Notes: generated by a model not told the origin, from the letters alone. DNA of 64,000 bases from Octopus vulgaris (GCA_951406725.2 OX597817.1:154132001-154196000); one strand, 5' to 3'; shown: positions 14,212 through 28,352, counted from the first letter of the stretch. Translations and numbers: made by a program.

Positions 14212-14570
14212 AGCTGTGTGGTAGGTAGCTTGCTTACCAGCCACACAGTTCCAGGTTCAGTCCCACTGCGTGGCACCTTGGGCAAGTGTCTTTTACTATA
14301 GCCTCGGGCCAACCAAAACCTTGTGAGTGGATTTGGTAGACGGAAACTGAAAGAAGCTCGTCGTATATGTGTGTGTTTGTGTGTCTCTGTCCCCCCAACA
14401 TCGCTTGACAACCGATGCTGGTGTGTTCACATCCCCTTAATCTAGCTGTTTGGCAAAGGAGACCGATAGAATAAGTACTAGGCTTACAAAGAATAAGTCC
14501 TGAGGTCGACTTCCTCGACTAAAGGCGGTGATCTAGCATGTCCGCAGTGAAATGACTGAAACAAATAAAA
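14212..14570 (+). mobile_element. SINE family A
   Basis: Same head, body and tail as the other family A copies. Confidence 0.88.
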
Positions 14571-14835
14571 AAAATTTTTAATTTTTAAGAAAAAAAAAAT
14601 TAAATACAAGTAATTGTGAAGGAAGACTGTTAGTCTATACCATCTACACCGGTGTTTTGTTGAAACTTTATTTTATTGACCCCGCTACAGAGAGATGAAA
14701 AGCAGAGTTCATCTCGGCGGGATTTGAACTCAGAACGTAAAGAGCTGTAACAAACACCGATGCTCCCGTGAGTTTGTCAATCCACCGCCCTTACAAAAAT
14801 AACTATAATTATAGTTGTAATATTCTCTTTTGCAG

Positions 14836-15105
14836 ATAAACCAATAATGTCCATGCCTCTAAAACCTCAGTTTGTTGATATCGATTCCAAAGTAGTATGG
14901 CACTGCGAAGCCTTCAGTAAACCAAATCTTTCTTATACTTGGTACAAGAACGGAATCCTTCTTCGTACTTCAGAAGATGTAGTTATATCAGCCAATATAC
15001 TTATTATTAATGTTGCCAAGAAAGGACATCACGATGGAATGTACCAGTGTGTTGCTAAAAATAAATATGGCACAACATACAGTTCGGCGCAACTGTCAGT
15101 ACTAG
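14836..15105 (+). CDS. CNTN: Contactin-like exon, Ig4
   Basis: ttgcag|...|gtaagg; 270 nt; WHCEAFSKPNLSYTWYKNG...HDGMYQCVAKNKYGTTYSSAQLSVL. Confidence 0.93.
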
Positions 15106-15232
15106 GTAAGGCCACGTTTTTTTATATTTCGAAATGACTACTTCTATTTATATGGCTCGTTATCTCTATTATGTGACAGTTCATCAAAAGTTACTATTGA
15201 AGATGTGGTGACACTACTGGAGACAAGATTTG

Positions 15233-15308
<76 letters not shown>

Positions 15309-15663
15309 TCACTGCCTGGAATCGAACTCGGAATCTTGGGGTTAACAACAAACACTCTGAGGACAAATATCCGTCAAATGTAAATAATGTAAATAATATC
15401 ATCAACGTTAGTTCTTGAAAAGTACCAACTTTTCTTTTAATCAAAACCGAAAGAATAAACGGCAAAGTCTATCTCAGAGTCCGAGCCCCGCCGAGTTCAA
15501 TTTCGCTTTTCATCCATTCGGAGTCGATTATATAATGCACCATTCCAGTAGAAGGACAAGTACCATCCACATAAATTTGCTGGCCTTTTGCTTAAATCAG
15601 AAACCATTATTATTGTTGTTGTTGACATTATTATTCATAATGAGCATCATCCTTTGTTTTCAG

Positions 15664-15951
15664 CTTTCAAACCCAATTTCCTCCGAAGTAAAGCGTTAAC
15701 AAATATTAAAGGTGCCATGGGCGGCAATATTACACTTCTGTGCGAGGCAGAAGGAGCTCCTCAGCCAAATATAACATGGAAACAGAACGGCAAAGAAATA
15801 ATGAACGATCTTACTGCTTCACGAATACAGCAACTGCCAAATGGTTATTTGCGCATCCAGAAACTTAATACAAACGACCAAGGAATATATTCGTGCACGG
15901 CTAGCAACAAATTCGGACAGGCAACTTTGACTTTTAACATAGTCGTTACGG
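15664..15951 (+). CDS. CNTN: Contactin-like exon, Ig5
   Basis: tttcag|...|gtatga; 288 nt; FKPNF...GGNITLLCEAEGAPQPNITWKQNG...DQGIYSCTASNKFG. Confidence 0.93.
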
Positions 15952-16494
15952 GTATGATTTTCTTTTTCGATTACTTTATGTTCAGTGGTGTCAGAATTGA
16001 AAACAAATTATCAAATATTATTTTGTTAATATAAGTATGTACGAATTTTATTTATAAATTTACAGATTCTTATCTATATTAACTTTTCGTCATAAGTCTT
16101 TTAAAATAAATTTCTTATATTCAATAATGGTAACGTAACATTGTTTTGAAAAGTCAAAGTATTTCGGGAAGAGAAACAGAAAGGAATAAGAGAAAATAAA
16201 CAAAGAGAGAATAAAAAATATAAAAAAACACTTGTGGATTTAGCGGTCAAGCATGCCGACTGATTAGAAAAAAAAGTTTCGAAAGAGGTTGAAAGAAGGG
16301 GAAATAATACAGTATTGATGAGCCCAAAACGATGGAGCGTGTGTGTGTATGTGAGAATGTGTAAGTGCGTGTGTGTGGATAGGGGCTAGTGACTTTGACG
16401 AGTATGGGTGTGGGTGCCAGTGTGTATGGAGTGATGTGGTGTGGTGGTGTGGGTGTGGAGTAGTGGGGGCGGAGTGTTGCGATGTGGGGGGATG

Positions 16495-16538
<44 letters not shown>

Positions 16539-16749
16539 TAGATAGAAATATATATATATGTTATATATACACACACACACGCATATATATAAATATTGCA
16601 TACATCAATATAGAAATGTTGATATGTAAATATATATGTGAATATATATTATCTGTCGGTTATATATATATTATCTGTCGGTATATATATATTTGTTTAT
16701 ATGTGTGTGTGTATACACACACACACACATATATGTATATATTTATATA

Positions 16750-17062
16750 TCACGTGACCACGTGATCACGTGACCGACCAGACCATCAGATGTTGTTACA
16801 CATCGCTGGTCACAATGCGTTCGCATTGTTTTAGCCTTCGAATGACGCCACCCCGCTGGCTAAGCGAGCAGGCCAACAGACGAAAGAGTGAGAGAAAGAG
16901 TGGTGAAAGAGTACAGCAGGGATCACCACCCCCTGCCGGAGCCTCGTGGAGCTTTTAGATGTTTTCGCTCAATAAACACTAACAACGCCCAGGCTGGGAA
17001 TCGAAACCGCGATCCTGCGACCACGAGTCCGCTGCCCTAACCACTAGGCCATTGCGCCTCCA
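16750..17062 (-). mobile_element. SINE family F (B-type head, third tail ending in CACGTG repeats)
   Basis: B head up to ctctcactct, then a unique tail ending ggtcacgtgatcacgtggtcacgtga. Confidence 0.82.
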
Positions 17063-17539
17063 CATATTTATATATATAGGAATCTAAATTGATGATGACA
17101 ACAAAAGCCGTTACGACGACGACGACAGTAGAAAACGGGAGTGGGATGGATATTCAAGTAGAAGACACGGAAAGGGAAAGAAGAGCAAACAAGCGGAGGG
17201 AGGTGGAGGGGGGAAAGAACTAGAGGAAATGGAAAAGATTGATTGTCACCTCCGATCAATTATGGCCTGGTGTCGAGTGGACACCTTTTCGCGTGATTAA
17301 TTGAAACGTGTCAAGACAATGACAACAGGTACATGTTTCCATTTGAACTGTCACCATCATATTGTCCATTCTCGTTTGAGTTGGCAGGTACCAATGGCTT
17401 ACATTCAACGTTCTTCCTGGTTTTTAGAATGTCTGTTGATTCTGCTGCTTTCAGCGATGTATAATTTATGCATGAACACTATAAACAACATTATGTAGCT
17501 TGTTATTCTCTTTAAGCGCCCTTTTTTCTGGTTGAAATA

Positions 17540-17802
17540 CATCGAAAAATGGCGACACAGCAGTCAAAAAATCGTAAAAAATAGGGATTTTCATAGAAAA
17601 AAGCACCTTTTGATGTAAATAATTTTTGGTGTTAACATGGTCCGATTTGAATTTTTTCTTCTACGAAAGGAAGAGCAAGCCTTCTTCTATCATACTATCA
17701 ACTTTGGTCAACTTGCGTCGCAGGGTCTCGGAGGAGATAGTGTTAGTTGAAGGCTACCAAACCTGCCATACACAGACAACTTCAGCTTTATATATAGAGA
17801 GA
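17540..17802 (-). mobile_element. Helitron-like 5' portion, related family
   Basis: Starts a|TCTCTCTATATATAAAGCTGAAGTTGTCTGTG, similar to the 5' end of the other Helitrons. Confidence 0.55.
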
Positions 17803-18165
17803 TTTGGATATTACTTCGGAAAAATGGAAACCCTAAGGCAATATGCGTCAAACGTTTTTGTACAAGAAACATTTTTGTACACTTCGTCTATCAAAACGTT
17901 GGGTTAGCTTTCCTTTTTATCGGGGTCCTGATTCGAACTGAGGGTGATGACTATGTAGCAGTTACGTATAACATTAAATGTTGCTGCTGTTACTTGGCCT
18001 TAGGTACACTCTAAATGAGTCGACTAAATTATCATACAGAAGTCAACTTTACCTTGTTTAAAGCAATAGGGTGAGATTTGAGAGAGATTTTTGTTCTCAT
18101 TTTTAGCTTGATGTGTTCGTACATACATTTGTTCGTAAATTAAATATATGTAACATATCTAGGTA

Positions 18166-18550
18166 TGGAAGCACTCCGTCGGTTACGACGACGAGGGTTC
18201 CGGTTGATCCGAATCAACGGAACAGTCTGCTCGTGAAATTAACGTGTAAGTGGCTGAGCACTCCACAGCCACGTGTACCCTTAACGTAGTTCTCGGGGAT
18301 ATTCAGCGTGACACAGAGAGTGACAAGGCCGGCCCTTTGAAATACAGGTACAACAGAAACAGGAAGTAAGAGTGAGAGAAAGTTGTGGTGAAAGAGTACA
18401 GCAGGGATCACCACCATCCCCTGCCGGAGCCTCGTGGAGCTTTTAGGTGTTTTCGCTCAATAAACATTCACAACGCCCGGTGTGGGAATCGAAACCGCGA
18501 TCCTACGACCGTTAGTCCGCTGCCCTAACCACTGGACCATTGCGCCTCCA
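18166..18550 (-). mobile_element. SINE family B (tRNA-derived, ~385 bp)
   Basis: A-box-like TGGtCCAGTGG, B-box-like GTTTCGATTCC; TSD ATCTAGGT. Confidence 0.92.
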
Positions 18551-19189
18551 CATCTAGGTTTATATCACTTTGTATTACAATAAATTCCTTCACATATATA
18601 ACATGTGAACAAATGAGGACCTGCCTCCTCAATTAACAAACTTCACATCTATATTCGTCTAGAGTTCGATCGGTCACTGGCCGACCGAGAGATTTGAAAT
18701 ATTTTAATTATGTTATCTAAGTTGAAAACAATCCACGGTTGATCACGTTCAGAAGTGTTTCAAATTTCTAATTCAAGAATTTATAACTTACTTCTCATTA
18801 CTTGTGCTTCGTTGTAACCTTAACTAAATCATTGAACTGTCAATAAATGCACTGCCATCTAACTGTAATTTCTTTCTGTCTGTGTTAACAACCCAACACT
18901 ATAAACGACAAGAGAATGGTACAACTCGTGAGCGTTTTGTTATTCTGTAGTGCTGGGTTCAGATCACCTTTTAGATGTTAGTTGGGGATACACTTTCTTT
19001 TAAAATTCTTTAATTGTTTCAGTAATTGAACTGCAACAATGCCGGAGCAGCGTTCTGTGGTATTAGTCGAACAAATGAACACCAGTATTTATTATAATGC
19101 ACTCTTTGCCGAACTGATCAGTCAGTCACTAGTATGTGAAAAAAAAAACTAATACCGGTTTTCAAGCGTGGAGGTACAAACACAAAGAC

Positions 19190-19213
19190 ACATACATACA
19201 TACATACATACAT

Positions 19214-19246
<33 letters not shown>

Positions 19247-19337
19247 TACATACATACATACATACATACATACATACATACATACATACATACATACATA
19301 CATACATACATACATACATACATACATACATACATAC
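19190..19337. repeat. (TACA)n microsatellite
   Basis: Seen directly; also (TATG)n at 24468-24548, (TGGA)n at 26930-26970, (TAGG)n at 56157-56230. Confidence 0.98.
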
Positions 19338-20098
19338 AACACACATATACATACACATACATATATACAAATATATACATTTTTCTACATACGCATACAT
19401 ATATATATTTCTATCTTCTATATTATAATGGAGAAAACTGCATATTAATTAGGTATGTAACAGTTACTAAACGTACTAAAAGAAAACAGTTATTAAAGGC
19501 TTGACCATCCGGAATTTTTTTTATAAATTCATGTTCCAAGAAATTTCCTATTATTTCCTTTTCTGAATTTTACTGAAATTTTGACCTCCAATTTTTCACA
19601 AATTTAAATATTCGTTACATTAACTGCGTCCAATTTTTCACAAATTCAAATATCCGTTGCATTCAGTGTGGAATAGATTTTAATGTTTAATAATAAACAA
19701 TATTAATTCGTTGCAGGCGACATTTTCTATTTTCATTTGCAACAGTCTCTCACATTCTCTCACCTCTATTTTCATTAATGATAATTTAATAATAGCTGTA
19801 TAACTTTGATACGAGACACAATTCCAAGGATATTATCAGTTTCCGGAGTTTGTTTAATGAATATTTTTGATAAAAGGAACTTTTTTTATATACCAGTATA
19901 ATTTTTTTAAATTAAGAAGTGATTTTATGTTGAATGAAAGCATGCTATTAGATGAAATAGTTGTATAACTTTGATACGAGCTACAATTTCAGGAACATTA
20001 TCAGTTTCCAGAGTTTGTTATTTATGATAAAATGAAAAAATTTTAATATACAGGTGTATATGGCAGTGTGCTGTATATCCTACTATGTATGTACGTAC

Positions 20099-20129
<31 letters not shown>

Positions 20130-20376
20130 TGTATTACAAAAATAATACTGATTGCGTGAAAAGGAAAGCTTCAGGTGGTACGATAGCACTCAAATAGTTA
20201 TGTATCAAATATACTAACCTTCCCATTATAACTATATTTCACCAAATGTACTTCGTTACCATAATATTATAATATATTAGCAATTACTAAATATTTAGCC
20301 ACACTGTTCGATGAAAATATTTATATATTTTATCAAGGATTTCTTTACCATGTATTATTCTTCTTATGTATTTCAG

Positions 20377-20540
20377 AGGCATTAGTTATAACTGCAAAGC
20401 CGCAAAACACAGAGGTTAATGTAAACGAAACGGCAACTCTGCGTTGTGATGCGTCGTATAATCCCAGTATGGATACAGTACATGAATGGTTCTTCAATGA
20501 CATCAAAATAGACTTTGAGAATAATCAACATTTCAGTTTG
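20377..20540 (+). CDS. CNTN: Contactin-like exon, N-terminal half of Ig6
   Basis: tttcag|...|gtaatt; phase 1-0; PQNTEVNVNETATLRCDASYNPSMDTVHEWFFNDIKIDF. Confidence 0.9.
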
Positions 20541-20853
20541 GTAATTTATTTTTACATAGTTATGACGTAATTGCTTCACTCCACTTTTCTACAAAATGTC
20601 TGGTATGAAAACCGGCCATATTGAATATTTTACAATCACGTGACCTCATTTATTTTTATCCAGTGCGAGGCATAATCTCCGGTTGACAAATACCTTCTGA
20701 ATAGAATTTCATTGATGGAAACTATTTGGAAGTACCTTGTACATGCGTGAATGTGTGTGCGTGCGCGTGCGTGTGTGCGTGTGTGTGTATGAGTGTGTGT
20801 GTGTATGTGTGTGTATGTATCTACGTGTGTGTGTGCTTGTGCAAGTGTGTGTG

Positions 20854-20901
<48 letters not shown>

Positions 20902-21103
20902 TCGTGCGTGCGTGCTTGTTTGTTTCCCGACGATGAGAGGCAAGAAGCGAAGGTATTTTATCAAGAAAGTTATTTGAAATAGTTGTTCTGCATCCAGTTC
21001 CAGACACTCCCTTGTAAGTCCAACTCATCAATTCTCTCAACTTGAAACTGCGATTATAATATAAATAAAATTTAAAATATTTCGTGTAACGATATTAAAC
21101 TTT

Positions 21104-21480
21104 GCTAACCAACCACATGGTTCCGGGTTCAGTCCCACTGCGTGGCATTTTGGGCAAGTGTCTTCTGCTATAGCCCCGGGGCCGACCAATGCCTTGTGAG
21201 TGGATTTGGTAGACGGAAACTGAAAGAAGCCTGTCGTATATATATATATAAATATGTGTGTGTATGTGTTTGTGTGATTTCCCCCTAGCATTGCTTGACA
21301 ACCGATGCTGGTGTGCTTACGTCCCCGTCACTTAGCGGTTCGGCAAAAGAGACCGATAGAATAAGTACTGGGCTTACAAAGAATACGTCCCGGGGTCGAT
21401 TTGCTCGACTAAAGGCGGTGCTCCAGCATGGCCGCAGTCAAATGACTGAAACAAGTAAAAGAGTAAAGAGTAAAAGAGTA
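21104..21480 (+). mobile_element. SINE family A, 5'-truncated
   Basis: Family A body with (GTAAAAGA)n tail. Confidence 0.88.
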
Positions 21481-21987
21481 TAGTATTTGGCTGTGAACAA
21501 AATATTACAGACCGACCTTGTTTCAAGATTTATTTCACACTAAACTTTGCACTTAAGTATATACTTACTGGCGCAGGCATACCTGTGTTGTTCAAAGGTT
21601 CGCTTTGCAACCATGTGGTTTCGGGTTCTGGCCTACTGTGCGGTACCTTGGTCAAGTGTCCTCTATGATAACCCTGAGCCGACCAGTAACTTGTAAGTAA
21701 ATTTGGTTGGTGGAAATTGCATGGAAACCCGTCGTGTGTATGTATATGTTTCTTTTTTACCCACAAGGGGCTACACGCAGAGGGGACAAACAAGGACAGA
21801 CAAACTAATTAAGTCGATTACATCGACCCCAGTACGTTACTGGTACTTAATTTATCGACTCCGAAAGGATGAAAAGCAAAGTCGACCTCGGCGGAATTTG
21901 AACTCAGAACGTCGCGGCAGACGAAATACGGGTACGCATTTCGCCCAGCGTGCTAACGGTTCTGCCAGCTCGCCACACACACGCACA

Positions 21988-22056
<69 letters not shown>

Positions 22057-22159
22057 ACGCACATACACATTTATGAATTTGTGTAGCAAAATTCCTGATG
22101 TGAAATCGTGTGATGAAACAGATATTGTATTTCAGACGGAAATTCTTCTTCTTTTTCTT

Positions 22160-22550
22160 TTTCTTTTTACTTGTTTCAGTCATTTTTACTGCGGCCATGC
22201 TGGAGCACCGCCTTTAGTCGAGCAACTCGACCCCGGGACTTATTCTTTTGTAAGCCCAGTACTTATTCTATCGGTCTCTTTTGCCGAACCGCTAAGTGAC
22301 GGGGACGTAAACACACCAGCATCGGTTGTCAAGCAATGCTAGGGGGACAAACACAGACACACACATATATATATATACATATATACGACGGGCTTCTTTC
22401 AGTTTCCATCTACCAAATCCACTCACAAGGCTTTGGTCGGCCCGAGGCTATACCAGAAGACACTTGTCCAAGGTGCCACGCAGTGGGACTGAACCCGGAA
22501 CCACGTGGTTGGTAAACAAGCTACTTACCATACAGCCACTCCTGCGCCTA
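22160..22550 (-). mobile_element. SINE family A
   Basis: Reverse complement of family A, full length. Confidence 0.9.
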
Positions 22551-22648
22551 GTTTTTTTCTCTTTTTTGGGGGGGGGCAAATAAACACGCCACAATATATA
22601 TTCGTTCTTCACTCGTTTATTTCTGTTCTTATTCTAACTCATGTCCAT

Positions 22649-22694
22649 TGTCTGGACATCTTTCGTCACACATCTGTGACTTCTTCAGCGACAC
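22649..22694 (-). ncRNA. Type I hammerhead ribozyme motif
   Basis: tgtcg-CTGAAGA-A-GTCACA-gatg-TGTGAC-GAAA-gatGTC-cagaca; perfect helix II, one mismatch in helix III. Confidence 0.6.
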
Positions 22695-22747
22695 TTTCCC
22701 TCCTCATGTGTGCTGTTGCTCCGCTTAGTCCTTCCCGAAATACAACA

Positions 22748-22801
<54 letters not shown>

Positions 22802-23453
22802 ATACGCAAATAAGTAACTAAATAACAAACGATGTTTGTTGTTTATTTATTTTGTTATTTATTTATTTGTTTATAATACACCAAAAGGGATTCCGATCCG
22901 TCGGATATCCTGGAGTATTCCAAACACCGCGCGACCAATTCAACATACACTTTGGACCAGCTCCTAAGCGTTAAATTCTCTGTATGCATAACCTCAATAT
23001 TTCACTGGATGTACTTCAGTACCCAGGATGTTTATTCGACAAAAGATGGTGTTTACAAGCGAATTCAACCCAACCTGGTTCTATCATTGCAGTACCTGGT
23101 TCTTTCCCGAATCATTATTATTATTATTATTATTATTGAGTGAGCGAGCAGAGCATGCCATCAAAGTGACACTTCGTATATTTTATATACGAAGCCCAGT
23201 ATACCCATCATGACTACCCGTCTGATAAGGGTACACCAGGCACATGCATCACAACCATATGTGCGCGACATGGTGATCTCATATCAAGATAAACAGCACA
23301 TGACCTTGCAGGTGGAGCCCAGTTAGAATTTTCTTCAGATCGAGTAACCCATCCCGCTCAAAAGGTCCCTGAATAAGGGTTGTTTAAGGACGTATTATTA
23401 TTATTATTATTATTAATATTACTATTACTATTACTATTATTATTATTATTATT

Positions 23454-24046
<593 letters not shown>

Positions 24047-24049
24047 ATT

Positions 24050-24105
<56 letters not shown>

Positions 24106-24789
24106 CATTATTATTGTGTGTGCACACGCGATATTTGTGTCGGTGTCATTGTGTTTGTGTTTTTCCGCCTACGATGTCACAACCGGTGTTGGTTTGTTTG
24201 CGTCCGATTGAATAAGCGCCAAATTTTAACGGTCGGAAAGTAAATAGTGAAAGATAAAAAGATAAAAGATAGTTGACAACACCAATGAATAAAAATTGAA
24301 TATTTCCCTAATTCTAGATTATTTTCAGAAAAATAACTTGCTTGCTTAGATTAAGTCAGTCATTGCTTTTAAGTTTTGCTATAAAAAATAGAAGTTATAC
24401 TTATTTATATCCAAAATCTAATAAGCAATTCCTCTATATTAATATATATATGCGCGTGTGCTTATGCGTATGTATGTATGTATGTATGTATGTATGTATG
24501 TATGTATGTATGTATGTATGTATGTATGTATGAATGTATGTATGTATGTGTCTATGTATTCGTGTATGTGAGTGTATGTTCGAATGTATAATGTATGTAT
24601 ATTTGTGTGTGTATATTAATCTTTTTAAGAGTACTGTCAATAGTAATTTATATATACTAATTCACATAATTTGTTTAAACTGTTCACAAAGATTTATTTT
24701 CAGAAAACCTTAATTTCATCTCTTGCTTAACAATCTAAAGTAACTTTAATGTCTGATAGGCCAAGCGATTGCTTAGGCTACATTTGGAG

Positions 24790-25222
24790 AGGAGTGGCTG
24801 TGTGGTTGTAATGCTTGCTTCCCAACCATGTGGCCTGAGGTTCAGTTCGACTACGCAGCACCTTGGTCAAGTGTTTTTTTATTTACTATAGTCCCCAGCT
24901 GACGAAAATCTTGAATTTGGTTGATGAAACCTTAATAAAACCCTCTGCGCGCGCGCGCGTGTGTGTGTGTGTGTGTGTGTTTGTTTTTGTGTGTGAGTGT
25001 GTGTGTGTGTGTGTGTGTTTGTGTTTGTTTCCCATGACCGCTTGACAACCGGTTTTGACTTTGTTTACGTCCCGTGTAAATTAGCGCTTCGGCAAAAGAA
25101 ACCTATAGAAGGAGTAGCAGGCTTAAAATATAAATTTTGGGGGCGATTCTTTCGATGAAACCCATCAAGACGGTGCCCCAGCATGGCCGCAGTCCAATGA
25201 CTGAAAGAAAGATACAAGATAA
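24790..25222 (+). mobile_element. SINE family A, old copy
   Basis: Diverged family A with expanded (TG)n. Confidence 0.8.
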
Positions 25223-25339
25223 ACGATATCACTAATTTCGATGAATGGGCAAATGCATTCCGATCAATATATTTTCACTCAAGGGTTAAACTTGTCAATG
25301 CAGGTAATCACTTCTGTATTCATCCAGGTTTGATAGATC

Positions 25340-25663
25340 GTGGAGATGCATGGCTTAGTGGTTAGAGTCTTCGGTTCACAATCGTGAGGTCGCGAGTTCG
25401 ATTCCCTGCTGTGTGTTGTGTCTTTGAGCAAGACACCTTATTTCACGTTGCTCCAGTTCACTCGGCTGGCAAAAATGAGAAGCAATTATATTTCAAAGGG
25501 CCAGCCTTGTCACATTCTGTGTCACGCTGAATCTCCCAGAGAACTGCGTTAAGAGTATGCGTATCTGTGGAATGCTCAGGCGCTTGCACGTTAATTTCAC
25601 GAACAGGATGTTCTGTTGAGCGGATCAACTGGAACCCTGGTCGTCGTAAGCGACGGAGTGCCA
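25340..25663 (+). mobile_element. SINE family D (C-type head/core with B-type tail)
   Basis: Head and core match C; from tttcaaagggcc onward it matches the B tail. Confidence 0.82.
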
Positions 25664-27141
25664 TTTAGTTAGATAGATTGAACTTTTGCCACAGTCTTTT
25701 GTAATCCCACCTTTTAGTAATATCCCTTCTCTCGTCCATTTAGACATAATCGTTGCATTAACCATGACAGATTGATTCTATGTTTATCCACTTAGGTTCA
25801 AACTTCTTTCAGCTCTGTAATTAATGCAACTTCGGATAGTTTTACACGCAACTTTCTGTTAAGATGTTTCTGCACATGCTCTGTTAGATTAGAGCTGGGG
25901 TTTTGAGCAACTACATTCATGGATTTGATTCTTGGAATTCTTTTTCAGGTCTGTAAGACTTCACTTGGTTGGTATAGAACTCCTTCTTCTGGAAAAAAAA
26001 GTTGAACTTAATAATTCCTACAATGGAATTGATGAAGTATTGGCCCTTTTGTAGTATTCCTCGCAATATGGAGCTATTTAAATAATTTCCAACATAAATA
26101 CCCTCTCATCTCTCTCTCAAATTGGTTCTTCATCACGCAGTAACTCCAACTCATCCATGTTTAGCTGTTACTTGCAAAGAATATGGTTATCATGTTTCAC
26201 CCATGCTGTCCCTTGAATTTGAACTTTAGAAAATTTGCTTTCGTCAGGCTAAAATGATTGACAACCAAAATTCATTCTCCTTACTGCAAAACTCCTAAGC
26301 CAAACTGAATATTTCAGTAACATTAATTTTGAAACAATCGGTTTCTTTTTTATAACTTTTTGTTCATATCCAAGATCTTTCATCACTGTTCTTATGTCAC
26401 ATGATGGCATTTCCATAGAATTTGCAACCACTCTAACGTTGATGTATAAAAACATCCGGTTAAATGCTCTTTTTTGCTCTCTCAGAAACATTCTACCACC
26501 TCCCGGATCTCTTCTTAACTCACCAATGCTCTTCCTTAATCTACCATTTGATTATTTATTCACTGTTGGAATATTCATACCAAAAAAGTTGAGCTGTTTT
26601 TCGATTGGACAATCCACATAGATATCAGCTGATGATTTGCCTGCATTTAAATTTAAAGATATATGCTTTCCGAAATGGTTTTAAATGTCATTCATAAAGT
26701 TAAAGTTACAATTAATCGAAAACACAATAAAATTCATCTATTTTCCAAGAAAGAAGCAAATAATTAGAACAAGTTATCAGCTGGTTAAACACTTTTCATA
26801 CATGTATGCATGTATGTCTGTGTGTATGTGCACATATACATACTCATATGTATAGATGTGTGTATTTATGTTTACATGTACGCACTCATACATATACATA
26901 TGCGTAAGTATGTATGTATGTATGTATGTATGGATGGATGGATGGATGGATGGATGGATGGATGGATGGGTGGGTGGGTGGATGTTTATTTGTAGATTGC
27001 AGCCGACTTATCTATCAGCCTAACATTGCTACTAATTAATCTACTTAGAACAATTAAAATTTCTATACAATCATTTTGTTTATGAATAATAAAAAAAAAT
27101 TATCAATTGATGTTTAAAATAATTTTTGTTATTATATATAG

Positions 27142-27268
27142 TCAGCAGAAGATCCAGTAGGTGGCCTCGTAATTCGAAATGCGAGAATTCAACATTCAGG
27201 TTATTACACCTGCATTGTGAAAAGTACTATTAACAAGATTAAAGCTAGAGCATTTCTTTCTGTCAAAG
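27142..27268 (+). CDS. CNTN: Contactin-like exon, C-terminal half of Ig6
   Basis: atatag|...|gtaaga; phase 0-1; GGLVIRNARIQHSGYYTCIVKS...ARAFLSVK. Confidence 0.88.
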
Positions 27269-27916
27269 GTAAGAATAATTGTTTTCGTATCTTTCGTGCT
27301 TCTGTTATTGTCTCTGACCATCAGGCCTGCTTTGACTGAATAGACCCGTAAGCAAAGTTGTTTCAGCCATAATCATCTCATCTATTTCAGGCATGGTGCA
27401 TCTATGACTACATTATCCGACGTTTCGTTTGCATTTTAAGACAGTAGGGTGTGGTTTCAAGGAGATTTGGCTCTTATTTCTAGCATGTTGAGAAATTATA
27501 TAGAGGCTCCTTAGACGGTACACACTTATTGGTTTGTGACTTTTCACTAAGACTCCGCATTGATTCGTTGATATGGGTCACTAATATATATGATCAGCTG
27601 TTTTATATAAGGGATTTTGATTTAGGTATAAGGGTAGCAATTTGGAAATGGAGATATATTATCGATGACACTGACTCGTCTACTTGACTGGTATTTTTAT
27701 TTTGTTGTTCCCAGATAAATGAAAGCATGCCTCAGCGTAGATGAAACCCAGTGATTGAAACAAGCAAAAGCTGAAAGCAAAATTTACGATATTGTGCATT
27801 TAATAAGAAATATATATTGTGAGATGATCGATCGTCCGACCAGATGCTTCTTCTTAATACACGTTTCGTGCATTAAGAAATCACTACGTTTAATTGATTT
27901 TTTTATCTTGTTGCAG

Positions 27917-28081
27917 GTGCCCCAGGAGAAGTAAGCGGTTTAGCTGCTGATGGTGAGAACATCGGAAGATCATCGGTTCATTTGAAATGGGTTCCTCCAC
28001 CAGATAATGGTTTTCCAATTAGCTTTTATACAGTATACAGCCGTTCAATTGACCAGCCTGAGTGGAAACTTCAAAGATCAA
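27917..28081 (+). CDS. CNTN: Contactin-like exon, N-terminal half of FN3-1
   Basis: ttgcag|...|gtaagt; GAPGEVSGL...VHLKWVPPPDNGFPISFYTV. Confidence 0.9.
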
Positions 28082-28211
28082 GTAAGTCCATTATATTATA
28101 TATAGCTAAAAGTACATGGTACATATCCATTAATCTTATATAGTATTTATATACTATGCCGTTATATTTTATGATTAGTGGACTTTTTCTAATTTCCTTC
28201 AATCTTTATAG

Positions 28212-28352
28212 AAATCCTTATGAGTAGCATCCGGATGGATGATACAGGGTTCCATTCAGTCACCATTTCTGGATTGCATTCGAACCAAGATTATCAATTT
28301 TGTATAAGTGCTGCCAATATCGAAGGTGTTGGAGACTTAAGCCGTCCATCAA
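28212..28352 (+). CDS. CNTN: Contactin-like exon, C-terminal half of FN3-1
   Basis: ttatag|...|gtaaga; VTISGLHSNQDYQFCISAANIEGVGDLSRPS. Confidence 0.9.

Noticed and set aside
18214-18417. Recurrent ORFs MVVIPAVLFHH.., MFIERKHLK.., MSSNARG.. resembling a small gene family
   Set aside because: They are chance frames inside SINE families A and B.
19495-20050. DNA transposon starting TTAAAGG with internal 40-80 bp duplications
   Set aside because: The duplications are visible but no matching second terminus was found.
25680-26620. Possible old RLE-type LINE fragment on the minus strand
   Set aside because: Only vague motifs (PGGGR, LQKTV); not supportable without a search.
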